From the human T2T-CHM13v2.0 reference genome, Homo sapiens: a stretch of DNA of 64,000 nt. Under the pieces are notes generated by a model. That model did no database searches, was not told where the DNA came from, and was given only the letters and a program-made list of their open reading frames with translations. A program made the translations under genes and the position numbers. Shown piece by piece: positions 31,471 to 45,905 of the stretch. How positions within the stretch are numbered: position 1 is the stretch's first letter; every line of letters begins with the position of its first letter. The DNA lies in the NCBI GenBank assembly GCA_009914755.4, contig CP086569.2:23168001-23232000 (forward strand), given 5' to 3'.

Positions 31471-31799
31471 TCATATTATTCCTTTGACATAGGCAAGATA
31501 GTAGCCAGCCCCAAGACATGCAGGTAAAGTTTTGGGATTAGATGTATATTATTTGTGGACAAGCTTAGATTCAGAGTCTATGTCCAACTAGTTCTGCCCT
31601 GTGCCAAGAATAGTGTCCATGACTGACACTGCGCAGTCATTCATTATGCTCACTCTGAATCTGGACAGATAGCCACTGAATATTTACAACTTTGACAATC
31701 TTGTTCTCTGTGATATAGGAGACTCAGGAATACAGAGTCCCATTCACTTCCAGAAGTAGATAATTTAGGACAAGTCCTTTAGGTACAGACTGTAAAATT

Positions 31800-32650
31800 T
31801 GTGATGCATGATGTATGCAGAAGCTACTTCCAGGGAGGTTCTACAGACCTTGATTTCTCACCAGAGCAAGCCAGGGAGAAGGTAGTGCAGACTGCCTGCT
31901 TTCTCATTCTGCATTGCCAAAGTCGCACAAGCTTCTTCCAGGAAGAAACTGCAAGGCAGATTTCTTGCTGTGGCAAGGCAGATAAGAAGACAAGAAGGCC
32001 TGAGAGGTGTTCACTGTCACATTTATATTTTACCAAAAATCTGTCCAGGGAGAATAGCCAGTGGGATTTGTTGCTAGAACAGCCTGTGAAGAAAGCATGC
32101 TATGTTAGTGACAGAAGGGTAGTGCTGTCTCTTCCATTCAGGATTTCAGAGATCTAACTCCCTGATTTTCTCTAGCAAGTGATGGCAGAAATTTGCTATT
32201 AGAGTAAGCCAGGGAAGAAAATGTGGGAAGTGCTTTTCTTCTCATTTAGGCTTAGAAGTATTCGGACTCTCTGCCTCCTTCCAGATAGAGACTGCAGGAA
32301 ATTTTACTGGAGCAAGTCAGGGAAAATGTCTTAGGGAGTGCCGTCTCTTTCTGTTTGGCTCATAGAGGTCTGTATCCAGCCTACTTTGAGAGAATAATTG
32401 CAGAAATCAAGGAAGGAAGTGAAAGAAGGCACAGTGATTGCCCTTCTTATTTATGCTTTTGGTAGTATTTGTTCTAGCCTCCTTCCGGGGAGAGATTTCA
32501 GAGATATATTACAAAAGCAAGCTAGGGAAGAAGGAACTAGAAGTGCTGAAACCTTTCTTCTCACTCCTGAAGACTTTAAACCCCTTTCCAGGGAGAGAAA
32601 AAAAGGCTTTACCTAATCACTGAAGGAAGCCAGGGAAGAAGGCTCAGGGA
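31800..32650 (-). repeat. Diverged array of the ~60-bp repeat family in inverted orientation (period ~100-170 bp, possibly dimeric units)
   Basis: Recurrent ..agccagggaagaa.. / ..agtcagggaaaat.. / ..tccagggagaa.. motifs are the reverse complement of the ttattccctgactcc core of the downstream array. For example, agagactgcagg..gagcaagtcagggaaaat ≈ revcomp(unit) agagacttgcaa..gggagtcagggaataat. Confidence 0.5.
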
Positions 32651-32659
32651 TTCATGTCC

Positions 32660-34944
32660 TTCCCAGCTCCACAAGTTTCTTTGTTTGTTTGTTTTGAGTA
32701 GGGATTACAACCTTGGTTACAACTCCCCTGGGCTGTAATTCTCTTCATCTTGATACTCTTTTCTGAGAGGGGAATATATTCTTCAGTGCAAAATGTTTCT
32801 TCCAACCCTGGTGTGAAAGTCAGCTCTATTTAACTGTTATTTTTTGTTTGTTTGTTTGTTTGTTTCAGTGAGCATTAGTCCTTTACCGCTGATCTGAAAC
32901 TCTCTTCTTCATTGTTGTCTTTCTTTATAAGAAACCCATTTCCTTGCATGTGGGTTGGATATCTATTCTTCCCGACTCTCCTGCTAGTAGAAATTATTTT
33001 CTGGCTCACTGGGCTTAAGTCACACAATCTTGACTTCCTGATATCCCTGAGTAGGGAATTATTTTCTTACTTCATAAGATAAAATGTTTTTTCTTTTGCT
33101 TAGTTTTCACAATAGGGATTATTCCCTAACTGTCTGGGCTTAAAGTATCTTTTTTTGCTATCACCTCTTGGTAGGAATTATTCCCTGACTCCTGCAGTGA
33201 AAGTCTCTTCTGCCTTTTCTGTCCTTACCTAGTAGGGATTATTCTCTGAGTCTGTGCTAAATGTCCTATCTTTTCACTGTTGTTGTTTTATTAGTGATTA
33301 ATCCCAGACTTGATGGGATAGAAGTATCTTTTTAGTGGATGTCTTATCTGAATAGAAATTATTCCCTTATTTCTGGGATAGTACTCTTTTTTTTCTGGCT
33401 ATATTACTTCAATGGGAGGTATTCCGTGCCTCCTGGGGTAGAAAATTATTGGTCTTGATTGTTTTGTTTTTTTTTACTGAAGACTTTTCCCTGGACTACT
33501 GGTTTGGAAATGTCTGGCCTTCTTTGCTGAGCCAGAAAAAAATAATTCCTGGATCTATTTCCTGTGTAGAAATTTCCTGACTTCTGGAGTGAAAACCTGT
33601 TTTTCCTGGCTCTGTTTCATAAGAAAAATTATTTTGCTGATTGGACATCGTGTCTTTCCAGACCTCTTCCTTGAGTAAAATTTATTCTCTCACTTCTTGC
33701 TTTGAAAGACATTCCTCCTGGCTCTCTTATCAAATGGAATTTATTCCCTGGCACCTGAGCTGTAAGTCACTTCTTATTAGCACTCTTTTCTGACTCTGGC
33801 TAGAAATCTCTTCTTTCTGGTCTCTTTGCTAATGGGTAAAATTTTCTGACTACCTGATTATCTCTCTCTGTCCTAAATGAGAACAATTTTCATGTGATTA
33901 TGAGCTCAAAGTCACTTCTTCTTTGTTCCTTGTCCTAAATGGGTATTATTCTCTGACTCCTTAGATTGAACTTTATTTTTTATTTTGTTCTTTTATTTGA
34001 GATAAGAGCTCTGTGATGAAATACTTCTTTCATGATTGAAGATTATTTCCTGGCTCCCTGGGATAGAACTTTGTCATCCCTCACTCTTTTTCCTGATTGA
34101 AATTTTTCTCTGACATTTGGGCTCAAATTTCTTCTTTCTGACACTATTTCCTGATGGGGGTTATACCCTGACTTCCTTTAAAATCCTTACTTCTCTCTCT
34201 TTAAAAAATTAATAATGATTATTCTAACTTTTTTAGGTAGATGTTCCTTCTTATGGGCTCTCTCTTTTCTGAGTGACATTTATTCCTAATGTGCAAAAAG
34301 TATATTCCTCCTAGGGGATTACTGTCTGACTCCAGGAGATGGACATTTTTTTGTTTTGTTTTGTTTTTCTTAATATTTTTCCCCTTATTACAGATTATTC
34401 CAGTATTCTGAGGATTATTTCCTGATACGTTAGTTGGAAATCTCCTCGTTCTGGCCCTTTTACTTTATGGGATATTATTCCTTGTCTCCTAGGGTGACAT
34501 TTTCTTTTCCCAGGTTATCGTTTTTCTTATGATTATTCCCTGACTCCCTGGGGTTGCAAGTCTCTCTTGCCTTGCTTTCTAATCTGACTGGAAATTGTTT
34601 CCTGATTTCCAAGTCTGGAACTCTTTTTTGTCAGTTTCACTTCATGTTTGGGATTATTCCTTTATGTTCTGTGTTGTGTATACTTCTTCTTCCCTTCTCT
34701 GACATTTTTGGCTTCAGTTATCCTCTTGGGTGTCTATTCTCAAGTAAGATTTTTTCCCTGATTCTCTTATGCTAAACATCTTTTTTCCTAGTTACTACCT
34801 GAGTGGAGTTTTCCCTGACTCCATTAGCTGGGTTCCCTTTTTTCTAGCCTCTTTCCTGAGTGGAGGTTATTTCTTGATTCCCTGTGTTGGAGACCTTTTC
34901 TTCCTTAACGTGAATTTCCTCATATTTCTGGCCGGTCTGGAAAT
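32660..34944 (+). repeat. Satellite-like tandem array, ~37 diverged copies of a ~60-bp unit (approx. consensus TAGGGATTATTCCCTGACTCCTGGGNTGAAAGTCTCTTCTGCCTTTTCTGNCCTTACC)
   Basis: Successive units include: atagggattattccctaactgtctgggcttaaagtatc.. | taggaattattccctgactcctgcagtgaaagtctcttctgcc.. | tagggattattctctgagtctgtgctaaatgtcc.. | ..attattccctgactccctggggttgcaagtctctcttgcc... Spacing is 58-62 bp throughout. Confidence 0.85.
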
Positions 34945-35185
34945 TTATCTCTATCTTTACCTCTCTATCTCTATCTCTATCTCTATCTCTATCTCTATCT
35001 CTATCTCTATCTCTTTCTCTATCTATCTATCTCTATCTCTATCTCTCTATCTCTATATCTCTATCTCTATCTCTATCTCTATCTCTATCTCTATCTCTAT
35101 CTCTATCTCTATCTCTATCTCTATCTCTTTATCCATGTCTCTATCTCCCTTTCTGTCTCGCGATCTCTATTTCTAATCTCCATTG
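34945..35185. repeat. (CTCTAT)n hexanucleotide microsatellite (~40 units, few interruptions)
   Basis: atctctatctctatctctatctct... directly abutting the 60-bp array. Confidence 0.95.
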
Positions 35186-36267
35186 AAGCTCTTTGACACT
35201 TCTCTGTTCTTTATTTGGATCCTTGCCTCTCCCATGGAAGTCTCATAGCCAACTAAAACCCACCTTCTTGAACTCTTGAAGACTTTAGGCTTTGCTAACT
35301 CTATATCCTTGTTGTTGGCATGCCTTTTTCAAGGATAATTTGGAATTTCAATGATCTTTGAGAAACTTAACATCTCCCTACACGGGTGCTCTTTGATATC
35401 TTCCTTCTTATTACTCATGTTTATTGTTTCTCCTCTCACTACTTTCGATCTTCTCTTTACCTTCCTTGAATCCTTTGACATATCCTCCTCCAGATCTCTC
35501 ATCATCCATTCTTCTATCTACCCCTAAATAAACCTGTCTCTTCCTATTTTAGCCTTCCAACTCTCAATAGTCAACAGAAATTTAGGCCCATTAACTCAGA
35601 GGCTCTTGAGGGACATGAGTATCTTCCCCACCCTCCAAAAAATTATTTGCCTGAAGTTGAAATAAAAAATGGATAATTAGAAGAGATTGAGTATTTTGTC
35701 TACCAAGCCTTTGGAGACATCCAGACTGCAACTAGATGTATTCTATGCCTAAAATGTATTCCTCTGGCTCCATAGATTAAATATTGGGGCAAAATAATAC
35801 CCTAAAAGTCTTCTTCACCAATACAGACAAAAGTTTTAGACCTATTGAATAGGCAACCTTGTTGCATTTGCCAGAAAAACAATTTAGATACAATATAATA
35901 TAGATATAAATCAGTTCATTTTGTATTACGCTATTGCCTCATTCTTGACTAAATTTTAGGAGAGCTATAAAGTATGTTTGTCTCTATCTATATTTTTATG
36001 CAAATATGCTGTGTGTGTGACATATTTCTACCTCTGGATATTATTACAAAGTTAATTTTTAATTACTTAAAAGGGTGCTATTCAAATTGGCTTAGAGATA
36101 AATAAGCATGATTGTGAATTACATACTCCTAATAATCCTAGAAATATGTATTCAATTTCACATGACTCATGCAAATATTTAGTATATAAGATTAGTTTAA
36201 ATTGTTTAATACAAACAGCTACATATTACGAATTGTTGCTATTATTAAGTATAAAAAAAGATTTGTG

Positions 36268-36582
36268 AGCCAGGCATGGTGGCTTATGCTTTTAAACCCA
36301 GCATTTTGGGAGGCTGAGGCAGGTGGATCATCTGGAGTCAGGAGTTTGAAACCAGCCTGGCCAACATTATGAAACCCCACCTCTACTAGAAATACAAAAA
36401 TTAGCCAGGAACGGTGGTAGACACCTGTAATCCCAGCTACTTGGGAGGCCCACGCAGGAGAATTGCTTGAACTCAGGAGGGAGACGTTGCAGTGAGCCAA
36501 AATCATGTCACTGCAGTCCAGCCTGGGCAAGAGGGCGAGATTTAGTCTAAAAAAAAAAAAAAAAGAGAGAGAGAGAGAGAGA
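36268..36582 (+). mobile_element. Alu (AluS-type) with poly(A) followed by a (GA)n tail
   Basis: gccaggcatggtggcttatgcttttaaacccagcattttgggaggc...cactgcagtccagcctgggcaagagggcgagat + A15 (GA)9. Confidence 0.9.
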
Positions 36583-37124
36583 ATACTTTGTCATTTGTAT
36601 CCTTCTTGGATTTACTAATTTACTAGTTAAGCTGTGTTATGTCCACTGGACATTTAAGATTTTATAAACATTTATATGGCAATAGAGTCATTTCTGAAGT
36701 TCAGTAACAATGTATTCTCCTTTCAACAGAACCTAACTAGAACCTGGTTTTATTACAAAGCATTGTCTGAAATATCAAATACAGTTAAGAATGATTTGCA
36801 TAAAATCAGAGATAACCGGGCAGCTTTAAGAACTATAGTTGACTGTGGAGAAAATACTTACATGGCCCTCTTGGAAAAACCAGCCTTGTAATTGATTAGA
36901 GTTCCTGGCCTAAGATGTGAGAAAGACAGGTCACTTCTGGCAAGCTCTGGAGCTTCATGATATTTGGGGACTTTGAGAGGAAAGAATTTCAACCAAATGT
37001 ATAGGTTCTGAAAGGGAAGCCTGGTGGCAAGTTCCTGGCTTAGTTCCTAGTCTCAAGGCTTTAAAAAGCATAATCTGAAACTAATTATATAAAGTTCTCA
37101 AAAAGTAAACTGGAAAGGCCTCTG

Positions 37125-37285
37125 TGGCCAGGCATGGTGGCTCACACCTATAATCCCAGCATATTCAGAGGCAGAGAATCACTTGAGCCCAGAAGTTCAA
37201 GACTAGCTTAGGCAACATGGTAAAACCCCATCCCCAAAATCAATCAGACAAACAAACAACATGCAAAATTAGCTAAGGATGATGG
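37125..37285 (+). mobile_element. Alu partial (left portion) in copy A; the ~4.3 kb A-vs-B indel breakpoint lies at its end
   Basis: ggccaggcatggtggctcacacctataatcccagcatattcagaggc...caaaattagctaaggatgatgg. The orthologous full Alu in B is at 45641-45905. Confidence 0.8.
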
Positions 37286-38990
37286 GAACGTGTATGAATT
37301 CTGCTTGCATAAGTTAAAGCAGGAAATTTTAAATTATCAACTTCTATTGATAAAACATAACTAACTTACAACTTAAATGCCACTTAACTATTTACCTTAA
37401 AATATATAAGTTTGTTATGTGAATTTCAACACCACAACAAAAGTCAACTGTTTTTCCATTTTTCCTTTACCTATCCTTAGTTGTATAACCATCATCTCTT
37501 GGTGACACATGGTCATTTCTCTGGGAACAGACTGGCTCTCTGCATAGAAGACCTCCATAATTCTCTCATCAACCTGATGTGGGAAATTTAACAATAAAAT
37601 AATTAAACATTATGTAAAGAACACGAAATCTGAAACATGACTTTTTCTTCTCTAAAACAAATTTTTAAAATTATTTCTTGTATGACTCCATTCTTCCTTC
37701 CTTAAATTACTAGACATTCATGACAACTTAAATATTTCTTCTGACTTTGGATAATCCCATGGGTCCACAAGGCCACCTCTAATGAAGCTGAAGGCAGACA
37801 TTAATTCTTAGGTAAAAGTTTATTTTTAATTGTTAATAACTATTTAGTTATTATTTTTCTTTTCATATGAATTACTGATGACTACTAATGAGGCAGGGAA
37901 AACATGTAAATCCATCAAACTTTTCACTGAATATAAAGTTTACATATGTTTATATTTTACATATTATTACATTTGTTTATATTTTATATTATATGTTACC
38001 TTTCTCAGCTGAAGAAGGTAAATTTTCCCATGTTATTCAATCCATCCCACACACACAAATATTGCTAACTTTTAACTGCTGAAGGCTAAAATTCTACATA
38101 AAAGTGCTGCTTTATCTCTAAGCAATTAGCTCTATCTTAAATACTGACAAATTTTAATGTACCAGTGCAGCTCTTCTAATGATGTCCAATATTTATTTTT
38201 ACTGCAATTAGCAATACTCTTAAAGGGGTCATTACAATATTGTACCTCTTTCAAAAATAGAAAACTTCCTCCTTTAACATAGTCTTCACATGCTAATTTG
38301 TAGAGGTCAGTCTTTCAACTTTGATGTGTTCGCTGGCTAGTCTTCTAATGGAAATGTGCTGGCTTGTGTATTCTGACATCAATAAATACTTAAGTTCACT
38401 GATACTCTGAAGTGAAATGTAAAACTTAAAATGGCAGTTTTCAATTTCCTCCATATTATGATGGAGGGCTAGGTAAGAATTTTAATTTGTTCTGCTTAAA
38501 TTTCTTTGCTAAGAACTGTTACTTTATTGTCTTGCTTTCTTCTGTTCAGTCTGAAATCTTAAACTTCTTCTTCTCAAAAATATTACTTCTATTCAATCCT
38601 ACTATTCACCTCATGCTGCTTATAACTAAATTCTCTCTTCAAATCCTACACTAAGGATCCTGTGTTAAGGTTTCAACATCCCTATACAATCTTAATGATT
38701 GTACACACCCCATATATTTACACCACCCATATATTAATATACACCATATCTTAACTCACACCCCCCATACATTTAACTACTCTACACTTTTGTTTTATGC
38801 ACTTAACTTAAAAATGCTGGACTCCTTCAATTCTACCTTGCAAGCCTTAATTTTATTAATAGATATTATTTAAGCCCAGTGATTACTTATCTGTAAAATG
38901 CTCTTTTAGTTTTTAGTGTCCTCACATAACCAGTAAGAATGCCTTTCACATAAATATTATTGAGGTCTCAGAACCTGGATGGCCAGGTGC

Positions 38991-39278
38991 AGTAGCTCAC
39001 ACTGTGAGCCAGTGTGGAAGGCTGAGGCAGCTGGACAGCTTGAGCCCAGGGCTTTAATGTCAGCTATGACAATGTAATGAGATCCTATCTCTACAAAAAT
39101 ATAGAAAAAAGAAAGCAAATTTAGCTATGTGTGGTGGAGCATGCCTGTAGCCACAGCAATGCAGGAGGCTGAAACAGGACAATTGCTTGAGCCCAGGAAT
39201 TTGAGGCCATAGTGAGCTGTCATCTCACCAAAGCGCTTTGGCCTTGTGAGAGCAAGATTTCAATCCAACAAAAAAACT
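38991..39278 (+). mobile_element. Old Alu (AluJ-like), shared with copy B (51815-52105)
   Basis: ggccaggtgcagtagctcacactgtgagccagtgtggaaggctgaggcagctgg... Confidence 0.8.
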
Positions 39279-39454
39279 GAACAAACAATTATTAGGTTGG
39301 CACACTGCGGGATCACTACCAAGGGAACCAGAAAATGGAAGAATTCATTAGGTTAAGAATCCTACCATCAAAGAAGACTGCCAGGAACTTTAAGAAAAAT
39401 TAAGAGGAATTATCTAACAAACACAGGATTAAAACTAATGTTTGCTCACAGTGT

Positions 39455-39786
<332 letters not shown>

Positions 39787-40379
39787 TTAAATATGTAAAC
39801 ACAATCTACATAAATAAAAAATATATTAGGAGAAAAATGATAAATTACTGTTCATGTAATTCTCGTATGAGGGAAGCTTTTTCAAAACATATCATAAGGG
39901 TACACCAAATGCCATTCAAAGAAACACAAATATTTACAAAATCAAAAAATGACACCTCAGAAAAATATAGTATCTGTAAAATTTGTATCATAAGATATAA
40001 TTCTTACAAATCCATTATCAAATATTAATTTTTAGTGTAGGCTATGGTCAATTTTAATTGCAATTAAGAATTTAAATTGCAATTAAATTTAAATTGCAAT
40101 TAAGAATTGCATATTAAATAATGGAAAACATTTTCATATATCTATAAAAAATGTAGATGTATTCTAATGCCCTAGTGGTGTCACAGGTAAGAAAATGCAT
40201 ATTCTAATACATGGCAGAATAGCATTAATCTTTGCCCTCAGGATCAATTGAGAAAAATAAAATACCGTAAAGCCATGTACCTTAAAATGGAGCAAACACT
40301 GCAATTTCAACCTTAGGAAACATATCAAATGAATTACACATCGGGTTATTAAAACTCAAATTAAACATTAGATTTTTGA

Positions 40380-40769
<390 letters not shown>

Positions 40770-43700
40770 TGACCCCTCATTGCTATTGAGTAAATCATTC
40801 ATAAATACCATTTTCAGTGATTTTCCTCCAGCAAACAAAGATACATATATATTTGTGAAGCAGTGGTTTTTAGAATTTTCCTGAGTCACAGACTGTTGAA
40901 AAACTGAAGTTATGGATTTCTTAAATGCAAAATGCTTTATGGCACGCCAGTGTGCAAATTATCCATATCAAAATGGCAAAGGAATACATTTGTATTGATA
41001 TTTCCATGTGTATACACAAATAACAAATATTGCAAGATCAATCCTAAAATAATGACTTACTTATTTCCCATTGGAAGGTTTTCCAGATTCTATCATATTT
41101 TGGTAGTACATTTTATATGAAGTTCTGGGCCCCAGAGTAAGAAACTCTAAAGCATAATGAATATAAATGAGTCTGCAGAAAACCTGTTGAGTACAGGCAA
41201 TCGACATTAATGAATTCAATTTAGTTTTAAATGTGACATTTCAATGCAAAGTAATTAAGATTTTAAAATGAAATTTTCACATTATTTCAATCATTCTTTT
41301 AATACATCTTTAGTACTTACAAAGAAATTTGCTCATTATCAGTAAATTAATGTTCTGTACATGAAATAAACAAAATTGAGAAGTTTTGATATCTTCAAAC
41401 TGACTGTCTTTTAGTCCTATGGTTCCATCTTTATAATTTAAAACATTACCCAAATGTCCTTCATATGAGGGATGCAACCCTTTTGTTCCTCCACTACCTC
41501 CTTTTGCAGATCTCAGACTTCCTGAAGGCTCCTGCTTCTCCAAGAAGGTGGTGGTCTTCACCTAACATCACTTTGAAAAGACGGTTTGTTGACTTGTCCT
41601 ACTTTTATTGCTTTTCCACAGAAAGACTAAAAGTATTAAGTATCCTATCAATAACATTGTCACATTTAACCTAAACACATTTTACAAACATTTTTGTATC
41701 CACTATATTTCAGTTCTAGATATTTTCTCCCAAAGCAAATATATTTTTTTTCCTGAAATGACCATGTCTTTCACAATGCAAAGTTTGAGATATTTACTGA
41801 GCACATGCCTTCCATTAAGGGATCAAATACAAATTCTATTATTGAAATTCCTTGAAAAGTTTTCCAGTATTAAAAATAACACCTCAAAAAAATTAACCTA
41901 TCACATATTCTATGTGATAATGCAGCACATCTCTTTTTTACAATATGTAATCTATTTCATCTTTGTATTCACATCACTTATTTGTTTCAGTGTCCCAAGG
42001 ATATATGAAAGACTGTCATCTAAAAATAGAGGATTTTTTATTCAAAGTCATTAGCCATATTATTTGTTCTGAATAGTTTCTTGTTTGTTCTGCTAACCAC
42101 TTACATAAAATGTCCCAATATGATTTACAATTCAATATTTACTCTAGCTCTCTTTCTGTAAATGTGATCCTTGTTTGCCCTCATTCAGGTTTTTTGCCTT
42201 ACTCACTTCTTATCTTGCCTTAGAAGTGTCCCTAATAAATGACTCTTAATATAGTACTTCATGTTATTTCTCAGAAATGCTTAAATGTGCTAATTAATTT
42301 CATAATAACTTTCTTCAGTTTAATCTTTTCTATAGGCAAAGGTGGGTTTTAGAAAAAATGTCAGCAAAAATTGTATTTAAAACTTACATTGCTTTGTTAT
42401 TTGGGGGAAGATCTTAAATCCTTTCCAAGATCTCTTGCAGTCACATAGCCAGTCATTGAAACTTTGGGACTTCTTTTGTTATTTCTGGGCCCAAAATATG
42501 TTCCCCAGATTTGCACATGACTGCTTCCTTCCCACTATTTGGAAGTCAGTCAGACTTTCTTAAACTGTTCATTCCCCCTGAAACCTCTAAGTACTTCCTT
42601 TATTTCTCCTCTTAACTTCTGTGTGCATATTACATTTATATTTATTCTTACACAATAAGATATATTAGATGAAGTAATTTAGAAATAACATCTACAGTAA
42701 TCACCTGTTCTTGTGCTTGAAAACTATGGGGAAAAAGAAATTATCATAGATTACTATACATAAGTCAAAATTGTTTCCATACCTACAAAACCATGAGCCA
42801 AAAGCAACTTTCAGTTTCTACTAAACTTAAAATATGATAGTATAACCTGAATAAAAATGTACTCCTGCTATGTACCAGGAAGTGTGCTAGATGTAACAGA
42901 AACAAAAGAAACTAGGAAAACTTAAAATATGCACTAAACACAATTTAACAATCAACAGATCAGTACTTGGTACAGTAAGACCAAAATACCCACAATATAC
43001 AATGAAGAAGAAAATGTAAAATCTAAGCTGTTTTTGGAGCATAAATTACTATTTGCGAGATGTATGCCAGGAAGAAAAACTCTCAAGAAGTCCAAAAAAC
43101 ATATTAGTGATAGCATAAAGAGTAATGGGAACTAAAAACAGATTGGGACAATGTTATGAAACAAAAATCTCCAAAGTATCCAGAATGCAATGATTTTGAC
43201 GGTAATATAAAGGAATTCAGTAGGTAATGGAATGACACACAAGTTTAAAGCTGTAATAAACACACAATCCCCAGAATTTAAGATTCAATAAGACAGAACC
43301 ATGGGTTGGATCAAAATAAGTCCTCAAACACACTGGGAAAATGAATAATTTGGTATTCATGTTACATAAATCACTCTGGTGAGAGAAGAAAAATGTTTTT
43401 AGGAGAAAAAGAGCAAAGATGGAGCAAAAATACCAGTTAGTAGTTCTGTTACCCAACTTCAATGTTCTCATATTATTTTCTACTTTCAAGTACTTAACAC
43501 TTTCTTAAATGTAAAGGTCTTGTTCAGATACACTTTCTCAAGAATGTATTTTCAGAAAATGTGAAAGAATCTTTCCTTCTTATGAGTCTGTCTAGATGTC
43601 TCTCTATGGAAGATTTCCATCTTGTAAGTCTGTCTAGCTGTCTATCTATAGTTTGTCTATGCAATAGAAATATTTCCATGAATTGGAAGTAATTCCATTA

Positions 43701-44395
43701 ATAGTATTTAATAAATACTGACTTATTTGTCTCATTTTTGTGAGAGTTACTTCTAAGTTTTAAAGCTGCTTGAAAGCTTTGAAAATCTATTTACACTTGT
43801 ATTGAAATACTAACATACAAATAGGGTTACCAAGTATTAATTTATGTAACATTTATTCCAATATCCTTCCAACTACACTTGCACTTATATGGCAAAAAGA
43901 AGAGGATGGCTAAAGCATTTCAGATCATATGACATTATGATATCTTCAAAAGTTTAGTAATACGAGAAAGACCTTGAAATGCTGTTAAGTGAAGAAGAGT
44001 TAATATATTATTAATAAGGGACTCATCTGCAGCATTCTCAGAATAAATGCAAAGCTTCTGAAACTGCTGGTTTCCCAATCATTTATGGTAAGAAGTAAAA
44101 TATATGAAAACATTTTGCATTTATATAGTGGACTCATCATAGTACTAACAAATGAAAAACAAAATTGCATTTCACATCATTACTATGATTCTTAATACTA
44201 AGTCACCTCTATAGTCAGCCTGTCTTATTCCAGTTTGCTCCCTACCTCCACAACACATTTACTTTTGCTCATTTTCCTTTCTCACTAGTAGGTGACCTTT
44301 ATGACAGACCCTTTACCTGCTGCCATGAGAATTTTCCCAACATCAAATAGAAACTTGAAAATAACAGTTTAAAAACAAACAAATATTTTAATTTA

Positions 44396-44755
<360 letters not shown>

Positions 44756-45113
44756 CTATATTTAGATAACAATAAATAAGTCAAAAGTATAAAATTTTAT
44801 TACATACTGTGTTGAAAACTCAAGTGAAATTCCCTTACAAAGGCTGACATCTTTTTAGTATTACTTGACTTTGAATATGTAAAATTTGTAACATGCAGAG
44901 CGAAAGGGGCACTGACTTCATAGACAAATGCTGCATTTTAATACGTACCTGGCAAAAACTTGTTTGTAAAAATGAGAGGAGAAAAGCTATTGTAATTTTC
45001 TTAAACTGCAATACGCAGGATACCCATTTAAATAATTTCATTTGAAAACTATATACTGTACAATGTGATGTTTTGTGTATTTTTTTCTTGAGTTGTAAAT
45101 TTCCTGTTGGCAA

Positions 45114-45280
45114 CTTGCACTGCTCACTGCAGCCTCCTCTGCAGAGCTTCAAGTGATCCTCCGACTTCTCAGCTACTTGAGTAGCTACAGGCTCTCGCTA
45201 TCAGAGCTAGTAGGCAATTTTTTTGTGTGTTTCTTTAATGGACATGGGTTTCCCCATGGTACCCAAGCTGGTCTCAAACT
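45114..45280 (-). mobile_element. Old Alu truncated exactly at the duplication boundary (the full version is at B 56008-56244)
   Basis: tgcactgctcactgcagcctcctctgcagagcttcaagtgatcctcc...gggtttccccatggtacccaagctggtctcaaact | filler. Confidence 0.75.
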
Positions 45281-45318
45281 TGGGTTAAGTTAAGTTAAGA
45301 TCTACCTCTCCCTCCAAA
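45281..45318 (+). other. 38-nt junction filler between duplication copies A and B; 25 nt are templated from inside the unit
   Basis: tgggttaagttaagttaagatctacctctccctccaaa. The gttaagatctacctctccctccaaa part is identical to B 49436-49460 (..ggaggaagttaagatctacctctccctccaaaatcaacat..). Confidence 0.6.
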
Positions 45319-45640
45319 TCAGAGATAACCAGGCAACTTTAAGAACTAAAGTTGACTGTGGAGAAAATACTTAGACAGCCCTCTTGGAACATCAGCCTGG
45401 TAATTGGTTAGAGCTCCTAGCTTAAGAGGTGAGAAAGACAGGTCACTTCTGGGCAAGCTCTGGAACCTCACGATACTTGGGGACTTTGAGAGGAAAGGTA
45501 TTCAACCAAGTGTATAGGTTCTGAAAGGGAAGCCTGGTGGCAAGTTCCTGGCTTAGTTCCTAGTCTCAAAGCTTTAAAAATTCTAATCTGAAACTAATTA
45601 TATAAAGTTCTCACCTAGTAAACTGGAAAGGCCTCTGTGG

Positions 45641-45905
45641 CCAGACATGGTGGAAGACACCTGTAATCCCAGCACATTCAGAGGCAGAGGTGGGAGAATC
45701 ACTTGAGCCCAGAAGTTCAAGGCTAGCCTAGGCACGTGGTAAAACCCCATCTCCAAAATCAAACAAGCAAACAAACAACATACAAAATTAGCCAAGCATG
45801 ATGGTTTGCACCTGTGGTCTCAGCTACTCAGGAGGATGAGGTGGGAGGATCACTTGGGCCCATGAGTTTGAGACTACAGTGAGCTGGACATTGTCTCAAA
45901 TTTAA
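45641..45905 (+). mobile_element. Alu (old), full version of the A 37125-37285 partial
   Basis: ggccagacatggtggaagacacctgtaatcccagcacattcagaggcagaggtgggag...gagactacagtgagctggacattgtctcaaa. Confidence 0.85.

Noticed and set aside
32660-34944. Regularly spaced ~60-bp repeats, superficially CRISPR-like in regularity
   Set aside because: This is a eukaryotic (primate) context. The units are contiguous with no unique spacers and are highly diverged. It is a tandem satellite/VNTR, not a CRISPR array.
34554-35176. ORFs 34554-34775 and 34769-35176 (..SISISISIS..)
   Set aside because: They translate the 60-bp satellite and the (CTCTAT)n microsatellite, which is low-complexity sequence.
41608-42054. 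148-aa ORF (MLFHRKTKSIKYPINNIV...)
   Set aside because: It is AT-rich with an I/F/Y/N/K-dominated composition and has no recognisable domain. It lies in a segment that is simply deleted from the paralogous copy B without consequence. Most likely a chance ORF in AT-rich DNA.
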